NCBI RefSeq assembly: GCF_018977255.1
Contig: NW_024704742.1
Location: 53,384,001 to 53,448,000, forward strand
DNA: 64,000 nt
Source of the DNA: Callorhinchus milii
Lineage: Eukaryota
Reading direction: 5' to 3'
The notes below the pieces were generated by a model. That model made no database searches, was not told the DNA's origin, and saw only the letters and a program-made list of their open reading frames with translations. Below are positions 51,420 to 62,642 of the stretch, one piece after another. Both the position numbers and the translations under genes were made by a program. Within the stretch, counting starts at the first letter, position 1. The number at the start of each line of letters is the position of its first letter.

Positions 51420-51553
51420 AAGTGCAAAATACTGCAAATGCTGAAAACCTGAAACAAAAACAAAAGTGGCAGGGAACACTCAGCAGGTCATGCAGCATCT
51501 ATGGAGAAACAAACGTGAGTCAACGTTTCGGGTCCACGACCCTTTGTCAGAAC
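51420..51553 (-). mobile_element. Penelope-like element terminal-repeat fragment
   Basis: Resembles an abundant chondrichthyan repeat (aaatactgca.atgctg.aaa.ctgaaa...ctcagcaggtca.gcagcatct...aacgtttc.ggtc...gaccctt..tcagaac), from recall; contains a hammerhead-like core. Confidence 0.6.
51518..51553 (-). ncRNA. Degenerate minimal type I hammerhead ribozyme motif
   Basis: Minus strand GTT-CTGACAA-A-GGGTC(GTG)GACCC-GAAA-C-GTT-GACT; the core has G8->A. Confidence 0.55.
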
Positions 51554-51559
51554 ACAATC

Positions 51560-52230
51560 ACATTGCATTTACATTTGTAAAAAACAATTTACATTTGTAA
51601 ATTACGTTTGTAATTACATTTACATTTAATTACAATTTTACAATTACATTTGTAAAGTGCCTATCACATCAGGAGGGCATTTTAAGGAGCTGGACAGTCA
51701 GGAATTTGGACCGTAGCTGGGGGTTGGAATCAGGAGGAATAGAGAGCAGGGAGGGTAGGGGTAGGAGGGTGGCCAAAGGCATGGTCGAAGGGGAGGATTT
51801 TGAGAAGAGCTTTGAAGGAGGAAAGGGATGAAGCGAGGTGAAGGGACTTTGGGATGAAGTTCCAAAGGGTCTGGACAGAGAGGCTGAAGGCCCAATCTCC
51901 AATAGTGTGGCGGGCCAGGCAGGAGACATGGAGCAGACTGGAGCCCGCTTAGTGGAGGGAGCAGAGAGGTCTATATGGAGTTAGCAGGTTACAGAGTTAG
52001 AGAGGAGCAAGGCCATGGAGGGCTTTGAAGGCAAGGATGAGGATTTTTAACTCTATCCTATGGGAGATGGAGAGCCAGTGGAGCCGGGTGAGGATGGGGT
52101 GATAGGGTCATTGAGCCTGATACGGGAGAGGACACGAGCTGCAGATTTCTGAATGATCTGTAGCTTGTGGAGAGAACAGTTGAGAAGGCCGACAAGCAGG
52201 GAATTAGTGTAGTTGAGACTTGAAGTGATA
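51560..52230 (-). mobile_element. L2 3' fragment
   Basis: Reverse strand reads FITSSLNYTNSLLVG...KLQIIQKSAA...; its (CAA)n tail is displaced to 51385-51416. Confidence 0.85.
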
Positions 52231-53269
52231 AATGTAGGTAAAAAACTTAGCTGGACAAGCGGTTGGAAGAGTGTCAGACAGAGCTTTCAATGGCAAGCTA
52301 TAGTGTTTGTTAGTTAAACTCCAGGGTGCCCAAACCTTGGCTCATGTCATACTCTGACTAATACTCTCTCTGGATGTGTCCCTCCAGGGACAGAGTGTGT
52401 ATTTTCTAGGCATGGACATTTCCACGTGTGGGTACTGGTTTGAATATACTTAATCGTGATGATCGGTTTCTACATTTGTGAGACACTGAGCTGATCTAAA
52501 AAATAAGTGTTTTGTTGACTGAATTAAGGTAATAATGATCCTGCACTCTTTTAACTAGTCATTTTAACACAACCGTAAATGTACATGTGCTTTATATATA
52601 TATATTGAGAATGAAACAGACCCATCTTGTGATCAAAATCCCCTCCCAAGAGAATCTTTAGATAAGTTGCCTGTTGCATAATGGATTTGAAGGTAGGTCT
52701 GCTTCGGCCAGAAGGTGTTAGTTCATATCTTATTGTAATAAATCAACAGTGGGGTTCAAACATGTGATATGGCAATCCAACTCTTGAGACTTCGGTTCTT
52801 GGAGGTCAATGTAACAAATCCAAGGTTACATAGTGGATGTTGCCAGAGATGTTGCCATCAGAACACTTGTTCAAACTCTACAATGATGTGTTGAATTGAT
52901 CCACTCACCATTTTGGGTATGGGTGAACCTTGTTCTTTGTTTAATCAAGGTGAGAGATAAAAATTGGGGAATCATATTGATTAATGAACTTCTCAGGATG
53001 GGTTTTGCTGCTTGTACCAGATATATTTAAACCTGTATATATAAATCTCCATATTTGCCAGACTTTGCTTTGATCCTAATATCCAATGTTACAGACTATA
53101 GATTATTGTTTCCAGTGCTAGTTTTTGGGATCCTTCCTGTCATTGCAGCAACATTTCATTCCTTTCAGTTTTTTAAGGACTAATACTGCAGCAAAATATG
53201 TGACCAGCATATTGTAAACTACATTCGCACAGCATTGTTGGTAGGTTCCTCCAGTCATTCTCTTATATT

Positions 53270-53500
53270 AATAATAATCCTTGCATTTCTTGTGGTTCAA
53301 AGTGCTCTACTGGATTTTACTGTGAAGTGTTGTGATTGTGTATTTTGTAGATGAACTTTGTGCACTGCAACAACCCACAAACAGCTAAGAAGTGAATGAC
53401 CAATTTTATTTGAGTGATTGTTGGCCAGGTAGAAACTCTTCTCTCTTTTCAAATAGTACCATGAGATCTTAAATGTCCACCGGAACAGACAGATGGTTTA
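53270..53500 (-). mobile_element. Old Deu-domain SINE
   Basis: cccacaaacagc...aaatagtaccatgagatcttaaatgtccacc. Confidence 0.6.
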
Positions 53501-53609
53501 TTTAATACATTAAGCAACAATCTTGAAGCTAGTAATAAGCAGATGATCGGCCACGCGGATCTACCTATCTGTGTAAAACATTCACTTACATTGGATCACT
53601 TCTCATCTG

Positions 53610-53992
53610 AAGGCACTGGGGGAAGAGATTCTTCCCAGTCAGCTCCTGTTAAATCTGCATATTAAAGCCCTCACAGGTAAGGTGGTCCTCACTTGACAAC
53701 GAGCAGGAAACTTGCCAAAAAGTGTTTTTAGTAGCAAGCTATGTGGTTTTAGCTGGTTAGACTCCAACAGTATCCCAATGGAAGCTCTTAGGTCCTCAAA
53801 AGTTTTGGGTCTTGCCGACCTGCACCTTAGACTCTTTAGAATTAACTAAGCAGGGTGAGTCCTTCCAGTGAGAGAATTCCATTCCAGGCATGTGAGTTTC
53901 CGTGTGTAGGTGACATGCATGATGGTTTGGAAGCTCTTAAGCAAAGTGATGGGATTTCATATGTGTGTCACACAACTGGTTGACCAAAAAAA
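53610..53992 (+). mobile_element. Family X retroposon, 3' half
   Basis: ggttttagctggttagactcc...caactggttgaccaaaaaaa. Confidence 0.75.
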
Positions 53993-54399
53993 TCTTGTCT
54001 GAAGGACGATAGAAAACAATAGAAAATAACAGGCTATAGAGCAGTAGCTCCAGATAGCTTCCACAGAATACTGTGTGATATTTACATCATAACACTGATT
54101 CAGTTTTGTTATTTCATTTGCAGAGGAGCAAGTTTCAAAGTACGTATTCTCCTCTAACTGAAAGAAGTCAATGTTTATCGTGAGCAGGGCATGAGCAACA
54201 TTTTATCACAGGATAACGATACTGCTTAGAGATGTTTGAAATTACAGAGCAATCTATACATTCCTTGGTTTTGAACAGAGTTTGGGATAGTTTCATATGT
54301 TAAATGACTTTTTCCTTTTTATCACCACAGGAAAAAAGCTGAAAGCATGACTCTCGGCTTCAGATGTGATTGAATAGTAAAATGTAAGATTTTTATTTT

Positions 54400-54900
54400 A
54401 CTGTTTTCTCCCAATTTTTTCCCTCCTTTCCTAAAGGCACTGACTCATGCTGGAGTACAGTTCCATGTTACCAACCAGCCATCAGCACCTCACCTAAACA
54501 AGTCTTTCTTGTGTGAATCTGAACGATGAGTGTAGCAAACCAAAGGCCAGAAATTCCACCTAGTCTTAGCCTGTATGACCAACTTACCTAAAAGTGTAGG
54601 ATTGTGCAGACTTGCTGAAAATTCTTAAATTCAGTATTAATTTGGAAAACGGTTTTCCACAGTACTTAAAAAGAACCTGGCTTCCAAATTAAAACTGAAT
54701 TTAAGAATTTTCCACAATTCTGCATAATCTTAAATTTGAAGACAAGATGGTCATACAAGGAAAGGCTAGCTGGAATTGGGGGTCTTCTGAGACCATGGAC
54801 AGCATCATGACTGATTGTATTACCTATTGCCATCCTGACTGAAATAAATTGACAGGACAGATTAGGATTGAACCTGGGATATGCTGCTCCATATGGCTCA
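54400..54900 (-). mobile_element. AmnSINE2-like SINE split by a MITE
   Basis: gactcatgctggagtacagttccatg... and ...ggattgaacctggga...atatggctca flank the MITE. Confidence 0.55.
54545..54785. mobile_element. Palindromic MITE
   Basis: aattccacctagtctt..ctgtatgacc / ggtcataca...ggctagctggaatt; inner arms aaaattcttaaattcagt..taatttggaa / ttccaaatta..actgaatttaagaatttt. Confidence 0.8.
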
Positions 54901-54903
54901 TTT

Positions 54904-55560
54904 CATAGAATCACAGAATCATAGAATTATACAACACAGAAGGAGGCCATTTGGCCCATCGTGTCTGTGCCGGCTCTTTGAAAAGAGTTATCCAAATCAA
55001 TCCCACTCCCCTGCTCTCTCCCCATAGCCCTGCAAACTTGTCCTCCCCAAATAATTATCTACTTCTCGCTTAAAAGTTGTTATCAAATCAGTTTCCACCA
55101 CTCTTTCAGGCAATGCATTCCAGATCCGAACAACTCGCTGTGCGAAAAAATTTCTCCTCACCTCTCCTCTGTTTCTTTAACAACTATTTTAAATCGGTGT
55201 CCTTGGGTTACCGACCCACCCACCAGTGAAAATAGTTTCTCCTTGTTCACCCTATCAAATCCCCTCATAATTTTGAAAAGTCTATTAAGTCTCCTCTTAA
55301 CCTTCTCTGCTCCAAGGAGAATAATCCTAGCTTCTCTAGTCTCTCCTGATAACTGAAGTCCCTCATTCCTGGTACCATCCTGGTAAATCTCCTTTGCACC
55401 CTTTCCAATGCCTTGACATTCTTCATAAAGTGTGGTGCCCAGAACTGAACACAGTCTCTAGCTGAGGCCTAACCAGAGTTTTCTACAGGTTCAACATAAC
55501 TTCCTGACTTTTGTATTCTATGCCCCTATTTATAAAGCCTGGTATCCTGTATGCTTTTTT
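54904..55560 (-). mobile_element. CR1 LINE 3' fragment
   Basis: (CATAGAAT)n tail; matches the CR1 3' end. Confidence 0.92.
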
Positions 55561-56269
55561 AATATGTTTCTACATTGAGCGGAATTTTAACAACAGGCCT
55601 GAAACAAGCAAGCCATATAAATTCTACTTTAAATGTAAAAAGACTTCTGCAGACGGATATGAATGAAATCTCATGAATCATGACGTTTTGTAACAAATAC
55701 AGCAGCCATCCAATAACAATGGCCAGTGGAATTCCAATCAAACTAATGGGGACAAAAAAACAATGTTTTACAACCTAATTATCACATTAACTCTGTTATG
55801 TAACTTTTGAATTGTTCAACCCAATGATGCAGCACATTTGCATTGCATAAGCATTAGAAATTCCACTTAGTTTTAGCAAGGCAGGGGAAATGGAGTGCAA
55901 CTCAGTGGACAGGTTGGTAATGTTTTAGTAGGTGGAAATGGGAATATCACATTAGTTCTGTCCTACTAAAGTAGCAAAATACGTTCAATGGACTGAATAG
56001 TCTATGTATATTCCTAGCTTTAAAATCTTCCTTAACTTGCCAAATAAATGTAATTGATTTAGCCTCTATGTTTTACCTGATAATATTTTTCAATTTCTGA
56101 CGTGCGGTTGCTGGTGTGTTTTAAGACTATTCTTAATCCAGTATCTTCTCTTCACTCAATAATTGTTGGACCCAGGACCACAACTATTGTATCCAATAAG
56201 TAAGAAAATACACAGCTTCTATATAATAGGTATATGTGTTACTCTGCTGGTCAACAATCCCACACCAGG

Positions 56270-56572
56270 CAAATTGGTTGCTTCCAGCTAAATCAGAGCT
56301 TGTTAGATTTCCACTGCCTGTTTCGCTAGGATCATCCTACCTACTAGGGCTTTGGCTTGCAGAGTTAAAAGGATCGAGTGGGAAGAATCCATGCTCCCAG
56401 TGATTAGTGTGCCCCTGCAAGTCCTGTCGATGAGCCAGAGTTGCTAGCGTGTCATTAGCAAAGCCTTGGAGTATTATGGACCTCCTTGACTCAAGAACCG
56501 GAGTGCTGAGACCACCACAGAGAATTGACTCAATTCTAAAATTCCATTACCAAGGCTGGAGCCAATTTGGAA
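56270..56572 (-). mobile_element. Family X retroposon, internal fragment
   Basis: ccagctaaatc...tagggctttggcttgcagagttaa...accaccacagagaattgactcaattct. Confidence 0.7.
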
Positions 56573-57157
56573 TCAGTGTGAGTGAGCCCAAAACTATAGC
56601 AACATATCTTTTTTAAGAGTCTTTGTAGATAAAAATAAAATGCCAGCCCGGAGAGGGAAGTGGGTTTAGATTTGGTGGGAGTTAAAAATGCAAGTTGGTG
56701 TAACTCGAAATACGACGGTATTTTAGTGAGATTTTTAGTATATTCTGCAGTCACATTCTCATTGAACTCTCCAGACTGAGTGCTCAGATTCCCACTGCTT
56801 GTATATTAAGTTCAAAATTAAGGCTGATTGTTGCACATTTTTAAAATTCATGTTCCATTCTTTTTTAACCACACATCCTGAATTCCACATTTAACATTTT
56901 TCTACCAAACACTGGAGCCATGAAGAATAATATATCAAACTCTTACAGGAAAGCAAGAGGGCAAACTGAATAGGAGATCAAGCATGCCGTCTACGTTCAT
57001 CAATGGGAAACATTTACAAATTCCAACAGCAAGATATAATCTAATTGTAAATCAGGAAACTGTCACAGACATTTTTAAATTCATGGGGATGTAACCCAGT
57101 GCAAAACCATCAAAAATAAATGTTCTGTAGCAACTATTAGATTCTAAACCTGAAATT

Positions 57158-57450
57158 CATAAAAAAGAATAGAATCGCTCTTTGAAAGAATTATGTTACG
57201 AGTCCTAATTCCTCGCTCTTAACCCATAGTTCTGCAAATGTACCTATCCAATTCCCTCTTGAAAGCTACTATCTAATGTGCTTCCACCACCCTTTGAGAC
57301 AATGCATTCCATCAGACCGTAACAACTCTCTGGATAAAAAAAATATTCTCCTCGTCTCCCCTCTGGTTCTTTTGGTAATTATCTTAAACCTGAGTCCTCT
57401 GGTTACTGGCCCACCCGCCAAAGGAAGCAGTTTCTCCCTATTTACTCTAT
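57158..57450 (-). mobile_element. CR1 3' fragment
   Basis: cttccaccaccctttgag.caatgcattcca...tttctccctatttactctat. Confidence 0.75.
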
Positions 57451-57706
57451 AAATTCAACCTAGTCTTAGCTGTGAGCAATTTTGTCTCAAAATGTAAGAT
57501 CATGTGGAATTGTGGAAAATTCTTAAGTTCAGTCTTAATGTTAGAAGCCAGTCCCCTCTTAAGAACTGTGGAAACCAAGCTTTCAAATTAAGACTGGATT
57601 TTGCTTTCAAGTTAAGACTGGATTTACAGGTTTTCTACCATTCTGTAGCATCTTGAATTTTTAAAAAAATGGTCTTACAGACGAATACTTGGTCAAACTC
57701 TGAGCC
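57451..57706. mobile_element. Palindromic MITE (same family as 54545-54785)
   Basis: aaattcaacctagtcttagctgtg...gaattgtggaaaattcttaagttcagtcttaat...ggtcttacag. Confidence 0.7.
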
Positions 57707-58715
57707 TTTACTTTTACCAATGTTCATGCGTCTATCCTCTGGTCAGGAAAAGTATCTACAGAATCCATTTTCACCACTGCTTTTTTCCCCCAAATCCTAT
57801 CCATGATAAACTCCCGATCATCAGCTCCGATGATCATCACGCACTGCACTCATGCATCTTTGGGTGAAATAGCGTAAATGGAGAGAAGCATGTGTTCTTA
57901 ATTATCCTTAGATTTTATATAATTATAAACGCCAGGAGGACATCTCAAAACATTTCACAGGATATACTGAAAGTTTAGTGGCTGTATTATACAGGTGAAC
58001 TCGACAACCAATTTAGGCACAGCAATGTCCGACAAAGAGCCATGATGACGAGTGCTGAATCTTTGAATTCAGCAATAGTCTAGTCTTTGTATCACTGAAA
58101 TTAACTACCTCCAATTTCTTGCTTTTCTCTCCATCTCCTTTTATCTTTTTTCTCTTGATGTTTATCCAATTCACTTTTAGGTCTTAGCCTCAACAGCCAC
58201 TCATGGCAAACTTTTCTGTGTAGAATGTGTTTTCATATGGCAATATTTTAAAAAGGATTGTTCAGCATTCCCTCATGTTTCCTTATTTCAAGTACAAAAA
58301 AGTCCTTCAGTGGAAAATGAGCAAAGGTTTAGCACCAGTTGTAGAAAATACGCTGAGGTAGTTAATTTTCCCCTTGTTTGAACAGTTAGCTGTCTGCTCA
58401 CTGCAAATTTCCACCAGATTAGTTCTGTTTGAAGCAAAGATTTGACTTACTTTGACTTGTGTGCGTGTGCATGACATCTAACTTGTAACCAAGTGGTGTT
58501 GGAGTCTATTATGTTCTAAAGAACATGGGTAAAATCCTTTGTCAAAATAGTTCTTTACAGCAAGAACAACAGCTAGGTACCTTCACCTAGAACAACTGAG
58601 AGTTGCAATCATGGGGCTCTTTTGGATTCCCGGGATTTGGGGATTTTATGCTCCAAATCCTGGGATTCCAAATCATACCTCATCCAGGATGCCTGCAGTC
58701 ATTCTTTTAATTAAT

Positions 58716-58985
58716 CATTGCATTTGATATTGTGCCTTATCATGTCTTCGAGACGTTTCAAAGCGCTTCACAGAATATACTTAAAGTGAATTGACTGTAC
58801 ATTTTGTGGGTAAAACGTGGTAGCTAGTTATGCATGGCAGTGTCCCACAAATAGTGATCAACTTATCATTATTTTTTTTTAAGTGTTTATTACCCCCGGA
58901 AAAGCGATCTGCCAATCGACTAACAGCCGGGTTCCTACTTACTGCTAGGTAAACAGAGGCATGTGGAATAAGGAAACGTATCTAA
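58716..58985 (-). mobile_element. Older long-subfamily SINE
   Basis: Retains tacccccggaaaagcgatctgccaatcgactaacagccgggttcctacttactgctaggtaaacagaggc. Confidence 0.8.
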
Positions 58986-59679
58986 ACCGGGAGGTTTAAA
59001 CATGAGGTCGAGGGATAAAGGCAGAGTTATACATAAAGTAACCGAAGGCTCAGTCAGGGTGAGAGGGAGGGAACTGAGAACAAGCAGCGTGTGTTAGCTG
59101 AGCAGTGGGGTCGTGCAGAGAAGTGAGTAATCAGCAGGTCAGGGAGATAGGGAGGTGCTAGGGTGTGGAGGGACTTGTATGTGTCTTCTTTATATAGTTA
59201 GCAAATCTGTTGGAGCTCACAATACAATTTCACTTTTACTGTGTGATATCCAAATTCGCTAGCCTTAGGGAAATAGCAGGTAAACCATGTGTTAGTTATC
59301 TGATATGATAATTATCAATTGGAGTCACACCAGAGTCTTCCGTAGTTGCACTGAAACATATTTCTGGAAGCAGTGAAGCAGTGCCAAATTTGAGAATATG
59401 GAAACTCCAGGATAAATAAAAAGCAAAGCGGTAAGCTTATTACAATAGCAATCTCTTCACCATTAAATTTTATTTGCAGCAAACATTAGCCAAATAAATA
59501 GGCCCCTTTGACAATGTGCACTTAATAATGACTAACTTACTTTTAGCCATTACTGCAAAGCGCCTTCATAAACTTAATTATCTAATGGAAAATTCAGGAT
59601 CAAAGCCAACATCAATCAAGGCCAAATAACTCATTTTTAAACTAATGTGGGTTTCAGTTCCCATAAAATCCTGGGCATT

Positions 59680-60010
59680 GAGATGTGATCCCCTGGTCTG
59701 TGTTGAATTAGCTGATCTCACCAACAGGGCACCATACAATTGGCCTCAGCACTCCTGGCCTGGGGAAGAGAAAAACAGCCAGTATTCCCCTACTGTTCAT
59801 TTCAAGTGACCCCTGCTAGAAAGTGCATGAGTGTGAATGTTGGTTAAGTACAGAATCAAGCCTGGCTGTGTTGCTCCCCACAGTGAAATAGCAGAACATG
59901 CTCACTATCTTGGCTTGTACATGATAAAGGTCACATGGGCAAAGTACTGGATAATAACCAATAAAACTGTAGCTTGGCATGAGTCAGGAATGTTGGGAAA
60001 CAAGAGGCGA
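59680..60010 (+). mobile_element. AmnSINE2-like SINE, well preserved
   Basis: cctggtctgtgttgaattagctgatctca...tacaattggcctcagcactcctgg...gtgacccctgctagaaagtgc. Confidence 0.7.
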
Positions 60011-60224
60011 AAACTAAACCAAGTGGGAGCAGAAAATAAAGTCCATTGAACTTATTGCAATTGCCTACAACAACAACAAGATTCCATTTATAGAGCGCCT
60101 TTCACGTCAGGAGGACGTCCCAAGGCGCTGAAGGTGCCTAAAAGCTACGTTCTGTTCTTCTGAGCATTTAGGTACAAATCTGTTTGAGTTGTGACATAAA
60201 CAATGAGGGAGCACTTCATTAAGC

Positions 60225-60535
60225 TTGGTTTCAGCTTGGTTCAGTTTGTTTTTTGATTCCAGCTCCTGGAAATTGTGAATTCTAGCCCTAGTGTTGGACC
60301 TGAGCTTATAGTTGATGCTGACATGTCAGTTATTACTGGGGGAATGCTGCTTTATTGGAGGTGCTGTCCTTTGAGTTTAGACATTAAACCCAAGTGCCTG
60401 TATTCTGATGAATGATGACATTTCTGTGAGACTCCATGAAATGGGAAGGGAGTTTCTTTTGTTGTCCTGGTCAATAATCCTCCAGATAAATTGGACATTC
60501 ACCTGAATATTGCTGTTGGCAAGCTACCTGCTGTG
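60225..60535 (+). mobile_element. Old Deu-domain SINE
   Basis: cagcttggttcagtt...ggggaatgctgctttattggaggtgctgtcctt...acattaaacc. Confidence 0.55.
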
Positions 60536-60589
60536 TCAATATAGATAATTGAAAGATAAATTGCGTACAGCAATTAAGAGTAGGAGGCG

Positions 60590-60875
60590 TATGTATACTC
60601 TATGGATGGGATAAAATTTGCCAAATGGAAAGCTGAGACAACAATAAATAAAGCAAACAGGAATGCTGGACTTTATTGCCAAATCAGTTAAGTTCAGATA
60701 TCCAGATGTCATGCTCCAGCTACATACTGCTTTGGTCAGGCCAGCCCTTGAGTACTGAGTACAGTTCTGCCACATCATAAGGGGGCTGTGTAGACCCTTC
60801 AGATACAAAGAACAACAAGGATGATCCCCATTGTTGGAAGAATGGGCTACAGTTAATGATTAGATAAGATAGAGC
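60590..60875 (+). mobile_element. Old CR1 ORF2 fragment
   Basis: KANRNAGLY / LHTALVRPALEY*VQF. Confidence 0.65.
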
Positions 60876-60880
60876 CTTTA

Positions 60881-61185
60881 TTATAATCCTTCCTTGCATT
60901 TGATATAGCGCTTTTCACGTCTTCGCGACGTCTCAAAGCGCTTCACAGATTATACCGTAAAGCGAATAGACTGTATTTGTGGGCAAAACGCAGCAGCCAA
61001 TTGCGCACAACAGTGTCCCACAAACAGTCGTGGATTGAAGTGACCAATTTATTATTGTTTTTTTTCTTGAGGGATTATTATCAGGCATGTGGAGTAAGGA
61101 AACTTGCCCAAGGTTTCGCCCTGCTGGGAATTGAACCCAAGTCTCTCGCTTGCGAGGCGAGGGCTCTAACCACTGAACTACAACA
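60881..61185 (-). mobile_element. tRNA-derived SINE, intermediate-age copy
   Basis: Same structure as the young SINE, with variant loop GACGTCGCGAAGACGT. Confidence 0.88.
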
Positions 61186-62341
61186 CTACGTCTTGAAAAG
61201 AGATATCTCAGAGGAGATATTGTAGAGGCACAGATGATATTAAATATATTTTAAATATAGTTGAGGAAATATACAGAAAAATGCTTTCATATCCACCAAG
61301 ACAGCAGAACAAGACAACACAGATTTAGAGTTGCAAAAGTCAATTTCAGGGTAATTAATAAGGCTAGAATGCTAAACTGATTTTAAAAACAATTTGATGT
61401 TGTGATGGGAGGATGGGAGCGTGCATATTCTGGAAAGTTGAGATCAAATGGGGTGAAGAGTCTTTCTTGTGATCTTGTATTTGTCTACAAAAAGAGAATA
61501 ACTTACACTTGACTTACACTTGACTTACAGGGACACTCTGACCAAGCCTCACGTCACTCATCTATGTGGTAAAAAATCCCAGCATATTTCTTTGAAATAG
61601 CAATAGCATAGCATTCTCTTTATGTCCACCTTTATTCATTTCCTTGATTGGCAATGTATAAGTGAATATGAATTCTTCCTCGTGGAATCATGTTATCCTT
61701 GTTTCTCAACCAGGGTAACAGGATTCCATGAGGAAGGTGTGGGCAAATCCAAATGCTGCTGCTATACATGTTTGCTTGGCTAAGCCAGAGATAAAGTACA
61801 TTACCAAGCTGTGTCCATATTTACCTCTGTGTTGAATTTTTAAAATATCAAATTACGTCAAGGCCTAACTGATTTGAAAAATCATGAATTGGGGCCCAGG
61901 AGAGCACAGATTTTATGTTTCTTACCTTGATAGTCGCATAAAAATAATTTTAAACTGAAAACAATTTAGATTAAGGTAAAATGACAGTCTAGTGTCTTGT
62001 TTTAAAAAAAATACACTTGCGTGGTTAAATGCACAATGGTAGTGATCGAGTTTTGAAGCAGCCTGGAAAGGATGGAAGGTTGGGGGGAAGAGAAAGGAAT
62101 AATTTTTCAGAAGTCAGAAGGTGGTCAGCCCCGAACCATCTGTTAAGAAAAAGGCACCAATGACATTTTAACTTAATCTGTTTAGTTTTACAATCACTTT
62201 TAGGCCACTATCAGGGATACAATAAGATTCATGCTCTGGATCTCAATTCAGAGAATCAGCATAATTATTATTGGAGGGGTGGTAGCACACAATTTTTTTT
62301 AAAAAAAAGAACTGTAACTAAATAACACTGGAAGTTACAAT

Positions 62342-62642
62342 TATAATAATAATAATAATCCTTGCATTTGATATAGTGCTTTTCACGTCTTCTCGACGTC
62401 TCAAAGCGCTTCACAGAATATGCTGTAAAGTGAATTGACTGTATATTTGTGGGCGAAACGCAGCAGCCAATTGTACACAAACAGTCATGGATTGAAAATG
62501 ACCAATTTATTATTGTTTTGTTTTTTGGAGGGATTATTATTAGGTGTGTGGAGTAAGGAAACTTGCCCAAGGTTTTGCCCTGCCTGGAATTGAACTCGCC
62601 TTGCAAGGCGAGTGCTTTAACCACTGAGCCCCAGGACTCCAC
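62342..62642 (-). mobile_element. tRNA-Ala SINE with small deletions
   Basis: Head ggactccac and (TAA)n tail. Confidence 0.9.

Larger units (their letters stand above)
51110..52505 (+). mobile_element. Family X retroposon copy interrupted by L2 and Penelope-type fragments (51385-52230)
   Basis: 51110-51380 and 52230-52505 are successive parts of Family X. Confidence 0.65.

Noticed and set aside
61500..61530. Short tandem duplications (ACTTACACTTG about 2.7 times; also near 4547, 26420, 50309 and 57583) as CRISPR-like or functional arrays
   Set aside because: No spacers and only 2-3 units; ordinary slippage duplications in eukaryotic DNA.
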